Shown here: piece after piece, positions 58,236-64,000 of the stretch
How the letters are laid out: each line of letters starts with the position of its first letter
Position numbering within the stretch: position 1 is the stretch's first letter
Assembly (NCBI GenBank): GCA_951406725.2
Contig: OX597827.1
Span: forward strand, 41,850,001 to 41,914,000
From: Octopus vulgaris
Lineage: Eukaryota
Direction of reading: 5' to 3'
DNA: 64,000 nucleotides
Made by a program: the position numbers and the translations under genes
Notes under the pieces: model-generated
What the model was told of the DNA's origin: nothing
Seen by the model: the letters and a program-made list of their open reading frames with translations, nothing else
Databases searched by the model: none

Positions 58236-58795
58236 CGGTTGCAGTCAAGTTTTTCAAAGTTGTTTATATGCTAGAGTTGCACAAGACTAAAACAAATATG
58301 TAAAGAAGTGAACATAGGTAGCTGGATATTTATTCTTTGCCTCACCAATCAGGTCCTGTGCAGCAAAATTCAAACTGTGTTTCTTCACTGGATAATCCTT
58401 TCATGTTAATTGCCGAGATGTTAATAGTGATTAAGATGAGATAAAAGCAATCAAAGGTAAGAGAATCTAATTTCTGATCAACAGCGTAAAGCTAGTTATC
58501 ATAGTTAGTTGTCATGGTGACGATGAATTTCTTACGATTAGTTCCCAAATTGTAATGAAGTTCATTTATTGGATTCTGGCTTGAGGCTAAGATAAAACGT
58601 TTGACTTCAATCTAGAAAAAAGACATCTTTCTATACCACCGCACCTCTGTCGTTTCTGGGTTCATGGTCTTGCGTCTCTCAGATGCAGAGACAATATAAT
58701 ACGAATGATGTTCAACGAAAGTGAACAATGCAACACCCGTTTCAATTCCTTTTACGGTACCCAACGGTATCACCTATTTTATTTTCAAATACACT

Positions 58796-59012
58796 CGGCT
58801 GTGTGGTAAGTAGCTTGCTTACCAACCACATGGTTCCGGGTTCAGACCTACTGCGTGGCATTTTGGGCTAGTGTCTTCTACTACAGTCTCGGGTCGACCA
58901 AAGCCTTGTGAGTGGATTTGGTAGACGGAAACTGAAAGAAGCCCGTCGTATATATGTATATGTATCTGTGTGTGTGTGTGTGTGTTTGTGTGTCTGTGTT
59001 TGTCCCCCCAAC
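58796..59012 (+). mobile_element. SINE family A, 3'-truncated
   Basis: GGCTGTGTGGTAAGTAGCTTGCTTACCAACCACATGGTTCCGGGTTCAG. Confidence 0.85.
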
Positions 59013-59459
59013 AAGATGAAGGAAAGGAAATTTTATCATAAACTCATCTTATAAAAGAGTGTCATGGAAAAAATATGTAATAAAAATAACAGTAATAATC
59101 CCTTCTACTTATTCAGGGACCTTTTGAGCGGGATGGGTTACACGACCAGAAGAAAATTCTAACTGGGTCCCACTTGCGAGGTCTTGTGCTGTTTATCTTG
59201 ATATGAGATCACTCTGTCGCGCACATATCGTTTTGATGCATGTGCCTGGTGTACCCTTATCAGACGGGTAGTCATGTTGAGTATACTGGGCTTCGTATAT
59301 TTTACTTTGATGGCATGCACTGCTCTCTTACACAATAATAATAACAATATCAATAATAATAATAATAATAATAACAATATCAATAATAATAATGATAATA
59401 ATAATAATAATAATAATAATGATAATAATAATAATAATAACAACAACAACAACAACAAC

Positions 59460-59504
<45 letters not shown>

Positions 59505-59899
59505 CCTTTCTACACAAAACACTTTCCAATTGAACACCACATAAAAAATATACACAATCATTCACACACACACATACACACGCACACACAGCTCATGTTC
59601 TACGGCATCATTATCCAACAGTATTAGTAAAACAATAACGTTAACAGCAACAGTATCAACAGCAACAACAGCAACAACAATGACAACATCAAAAAACAGC
59701 AGCAGCAGCAAACATTTGCTGCAAAGAAGACGCACATTAAACCCAGACGACAAAGCGCTGCACACCATCCAACTACCGCCGACTAATTAGATGCAACACA
59801 AAGCGCCATTTCTCTAAAGTCAATATTGAATCCATTTCACGATCGCCGAGGTGTATGCACCTGGTGTCGTGGTAAACAATTCGAACTGGAAATACACAG

Positions 59900-59975
59900 G
59901 ATGGACGAAAAAAAAAAAAAGAACCCGAATAACGACGACGACGGCAACAACAATAACAACAATAATAAGAACAAC

Positions 59976-60017
<42 letters not shown>

Positions 60018-60426
60018 AACAATGATGACGACGTCAACGATGATGATGAAAATGATGAAAATTATGATGCGGATGATGATGCTGATGATAATGATGACGA
60101 TCATGATGATAATCATCATCTTCATAAAAATAATAATAATAGCAATAATAATAATAATGATGGTGATAATTATAATAGTAGTAATAATAAAGATAGTAGT
60201 AGTAAATATAGTAGTTGTAGTAGTAGTAGTAGTAGTAGTAGTAGTAACAGTAGTAGTAGTAGTAACATAATTAGTAGTAACAATAGAAGTAGTAGTAGTA
60301 GTAGTAGTAATAATAATAATAATAATAATAATAATGATAATAATAATAATAATAATAATAATGATAATAATGATAATAATGATAATAATAATAATAATAA
60401 TAATAATAATCATAATAATAATAATA

Positions 60427-60461
<35 letters not shown>

Positions 60462-60462
60462 C

Positions 60463-60519
<57 letters not shown>

Positions 60520-60610
60520 GTGATGATGATGATGATGATGATGATTGATGATGATGATGATGACGATGACGATGATGATGACGATGATGACGATGACGAT
60601 GATGATGATA
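59900..60610. repeat. Compound (GAT)/(AGT)/(AAT) trinucleotide tract
   Basis: Direct inspection. Confidence 0.9.
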
Positions 60611-60749
60611 GTTTAATTACAATGAAAAAGGAGAAAAAGATTTAAAGCCAAAACAATAGAAAAAGGCAAACAGAAATATTTAGAACACAATCAAAGGACG
60701 AAATCAAATTGGAGTTTCGGAATATAATAGAGAAGAAAATGTTTGAAAA

Positions 60750-61262
60750 TAAAAATCAAACGAACTCTGTGGCCAATCCCCGGCAAGTCTTGACAAAGAG
60801 GAAGTAACCCAGTGTGAAAGCCAACAATGGCAGCTTAAAAAAGGTCTGGACTACAAACAGAAACCTAAGTTCTGGTTTTAGTTGTACAAAAGATCAATGC
60901 CAAACCAAAAATAATTACAAAAATAAAATAATAATGAAAACGGATACTGTCGCGAAGTGCAGATAGTACAATGAGACACTTCCCTACATCATTTCCTGTT
61001 TAGCCAGTCTTTGCCAAATTCGTGTATCTTCATAGAAATTAACGTGTGGATAGTTCTGTCCATTGGGCAACGTGCCGACACTTAAAGGTTACAAAATCGA
61101 AAAGTAGTATAAACATGTGCCAGACATGTTACATGACAACGACTTGACTATCAGCATCTAGGACCTGTCTGTCCAGGCTGACCAGAAGATCAAAGCAGAT
61201 CGTCTAAATATAGTTTTCATCAGCTTGATAAAAAAAAAAATCAGAATTTCTGTTAGACATAA
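60750..61262 (+). pseudogene. Decayed R4/Dong-like LINE fragment (RT end, zinc knuckle, RLE start)
   Basis: LCGQ..LDKEEV..SQQW..DQ..NNYKNKI..KCR*YNET..IISC / YLHRN*RV..VHWATC / YKHVP..DLSVQADQKIKADRLNIV. Confidence 0.7.
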
Positions 61263-61319
61263 TGATGATTTCGATGAGAAACGTGACATTGATGGAAGTG
61301 GATAATCTGATGGAGTACA

Positions 61320-61575
61320 AGGATTTGGTATCCAGAGCTTTATAACTCCTGAGGGAAGAGCCCCTCTCTGGACTTCTTCCTCTGCTATCTTTCTATGGCC
61401 AGTCGTGGTCATGTAGGCCCCAAGTTGAGGGTGAGATCATCTCGCCATCTTGTCTTTTGTCAAGAGAATGTAAGGGTTGCCGTGGCTGGTACCAGATGCT
61501 TGCAACACAGCCGTTTTGACACCGCCTTTTTGGCATCGCTGATTCGGCGCTGACATATTTGGACATCAGTCGCAT
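61320..61575 (-). pseudogene. RTE-clade LINE extreme C-terminus
   Basis: KTRWRDDLTLNLGPT*PRLAIER..REGLFPQE. Confidence 0.65.
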
Positions 61576-62345
61576 TAATATTCTCTCAGTCTCTCTCTCT
61601 CTCTCTCGCTTCCTGTCTCTCTGTTTATGTGCGTAAGCATAATACTCCTTATGTGTATAAGGAGAGGGGAAGTGTTTACATCAATCGTATTCAATTAATG
61701 AATTCTAATTCTCTTTTTCATTTCTCACTCTCTCTATGTGTATGTGTATATATCTCACTTAGGTGTGAGCGCGCGTGCGTGTTTATCTTCAGTGCCAAAA
61801 AGTACTGCCACTAAAACATGTTCAATGTGCAGTCAACCGAACTAAATCGGCTGCGTCCAGCTGCAACCAATAATCCCATTTCGTCACGTCCCACACTTAC
61901 CACCTCGTTCAAAATATGGCTGACAACAAAGGACAACTTCCCGTGACAACTTCCCGTGACAACTTCTCATGATTACCGTCAAGCAATTTCTGCAAATTCC
62001 ATAATATTAGCTCTCGTCTGGGCATCACTAGTCACCGAATACCGAGCCTGATACACCAGCATAAAGGGTGCTGACAGCAGATGGACATTTTGAGAAGTGA
62101 GGTAACACCATTCTACAAGAAACAAAAGGCTGTTATAACGAAATATTTGTTTTAGCAACATCAAGTAACTGTGGAATAACATGAATGCGTGCTTTTGCAA
62201 ATGAAAATGTTAGTAAGAGTGTGTATTTGTGTATGAATGCAGCTATGTACTTGGTGTTTTAATACTGACCGAAACTTTTCTATTTGGTCAAAGGAAAACT
62301 AGGAGCAAGACACGATTAGCAGGCGTTAAGTGACTTTGCATGGAT

Positions 62346-62461
62346 TACTGCTACTGCTGTTGCTGCTGCTGCCGCTTCTGTTGCTGCCGCTTCTGTTGCT
62401 GCCGCTTCTGTTGCTACCGCTTCTGCTGCTGCCGCTACTGCTGTTGCTGCTGCTGCTGCTG

Positions 62462-62521
<60 letters not shown>

Positions 62522-62581
62522 ATTCTATTGCTGCTGCCGCTTCTGCTGTTGCCGCTACTGCTGTTGTTGCTGCTGCTGCTG

Positions 62582-62631
<50 letters not shown>

Positions 62632-62641
62632 GCTGCTGCTG

Positions 62642-62675
<34 letters not shown>

Positions 62676-62811
62676 AACTACTACCACTACTACTACTATT
62701 GCTGCTGGCCGCGTTTGCTGCTGCCGCTACTGCTGCTGCTCCTACTACTACTACTACTACTACTACTACTATTGCTACTGGCCGCGTTTGCTGCTGCCGC
62801 TACTGCTCCTG

Positions 62812-62868
<57 letters not shown>
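62346..62868. repeat. Compound (CTA)n/(CTG)n array with higher-order units
   Basis: 15-bp GCCGCTTCTGTTGCT units and a duplicated GGCCGCGTTTGCTGCTGCCGC block. Confidence 0.9.
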
Positions 62869-63582
62869 GTAATAACAACAACGACAACAGCAGCAAAAGC
62901 GATAATAAAATTTGAGGACAGAGACGCTGCAAGTGTTCTCAGTCAGTCAGTGAAAATGATACATGTTTTATGCATTACATGTGATTATTGCGCACAAAAT
63001 ATATTGTTTAAATAACGAACAAGCAATTGAAGAGAAATGAAAGAGAAACAATAGAGAACAAACGAAGCTAAGTTAAAAATTAAAGCCAACGCTGTTTAAA
63101 AATAGTTCAACAATGTTCATTAATAATTCAAATGGTCGGAATAGAGACAATATCCGCCAGCCAAATTGTGTGAGGAGTGTTGTGGAATGAGTTTAATGTG
63201 TGGCTTGAAACGAAACTGAAGTTTCAACTCTGTTCGACATGTTTTTCTCTCTGTGGTAGCAGTAATAAAGGCATAAAGTAATAATAATAATGATGATAAT
63301 GATGATGATAACAATAATGGTAATAATAATAATGATAACAATAATAAAAATGATAATAATAATAATGACAACAACAATAATAATCATAATAATAATAACG
63401 ATAACAATAATGATAATAATGATAATAATAACAATAATAATGATAATGATAATAATAATAATAATGAATGATAAAAATAATAATGGTGACAATAATAAAA
63501 ATAAAAGTAATAATGATAACAATAATAATAATAATAATGATAACAATAATATAATGATAACAATAATATAATAATAACAATA

Positions 63583-63669
<87 letters not shown>

Positions 63670-63689
63670 TAATAATTTTAATAATAAAA

Positions 63690-64000
63690 ACCATTGATCA
63701 TGTTGTCTCCAAATGCAGTCTTCTAGCGCCTACAGAATACCTCAACAGACATGATAGAGCTGCACAATATATTCCCTGGGTAATTTGCAAAAACCTGGAT
63801 TTGCCCCATGAAAAAAACTGGTGGGAACACAATCCACCTCCGGTGCTTGAAAATGACCATATCTCACTCCTCTGGAACTTCACCATTCAAACTGACAGAA
63901 AGATAGATGCAAATAGGCCAGACATCATATTGAAAGACTTCCGACAAAGAACATGCCTCCTCATTGATATGACTGTCCCAATCGATATAAACGTATCTGT
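63690..64000 (+). mobile_element. 5'-truncated R4/Dong-clade LINE (open frame, runs off the window)
   Basis: TIDHVVSKCSLLAPTEYLNRHD..WVICK..WWEHNPPPVLEND..LWNFTIQTDRKIDANRPDIILKD..CLLIDMTVP, no stops; abuts about 400 bp of (AAT)n. Confidence 0.9.

Overview
AT-rich eukaryotic non-genic DNA (intergenic or deep intronic), with no host protein-coding exon that I can support. Nearly all ORF-track entries are translated (TA)n/(CA)n/(TATG)n/(AAT)n/(GAT)n microsatellites. The density of simple repeats and the SINE families suggest an octopus/cephalopod genome (inference from recalled repeat types, not from a search). Between the microsatellites lie: at least four tRNA-derived SINE families (about 25 copies or fragments); a young 5'-truncated CR1-group LINE; RTE, HERO-like and R4/Dong-like LINE fragments; a full-length intron-containing DD34E Tc1 fossil; an internally deleted DD37D (maT) fossil; hAT and Helitron non-autonomous elements; and several Penelope-like fragments with minimal hammerhead ribozyme (HHR) motifs. 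The most unusual items are a 347-bp almost fully base-paired element (40-bp perfect terminal inverted repeats, rod-like stem ending in an HHR-like motif) at 34047-34393, a spacer-less ~440-bp palindrome at 16868-17312, a recurrent CCGANGA variant of the HHR core in three unrelated repeats, and a 3'-end structure shared by a SINE and a CR1-like LINE. All family assignments come from manual translation and motif reading.
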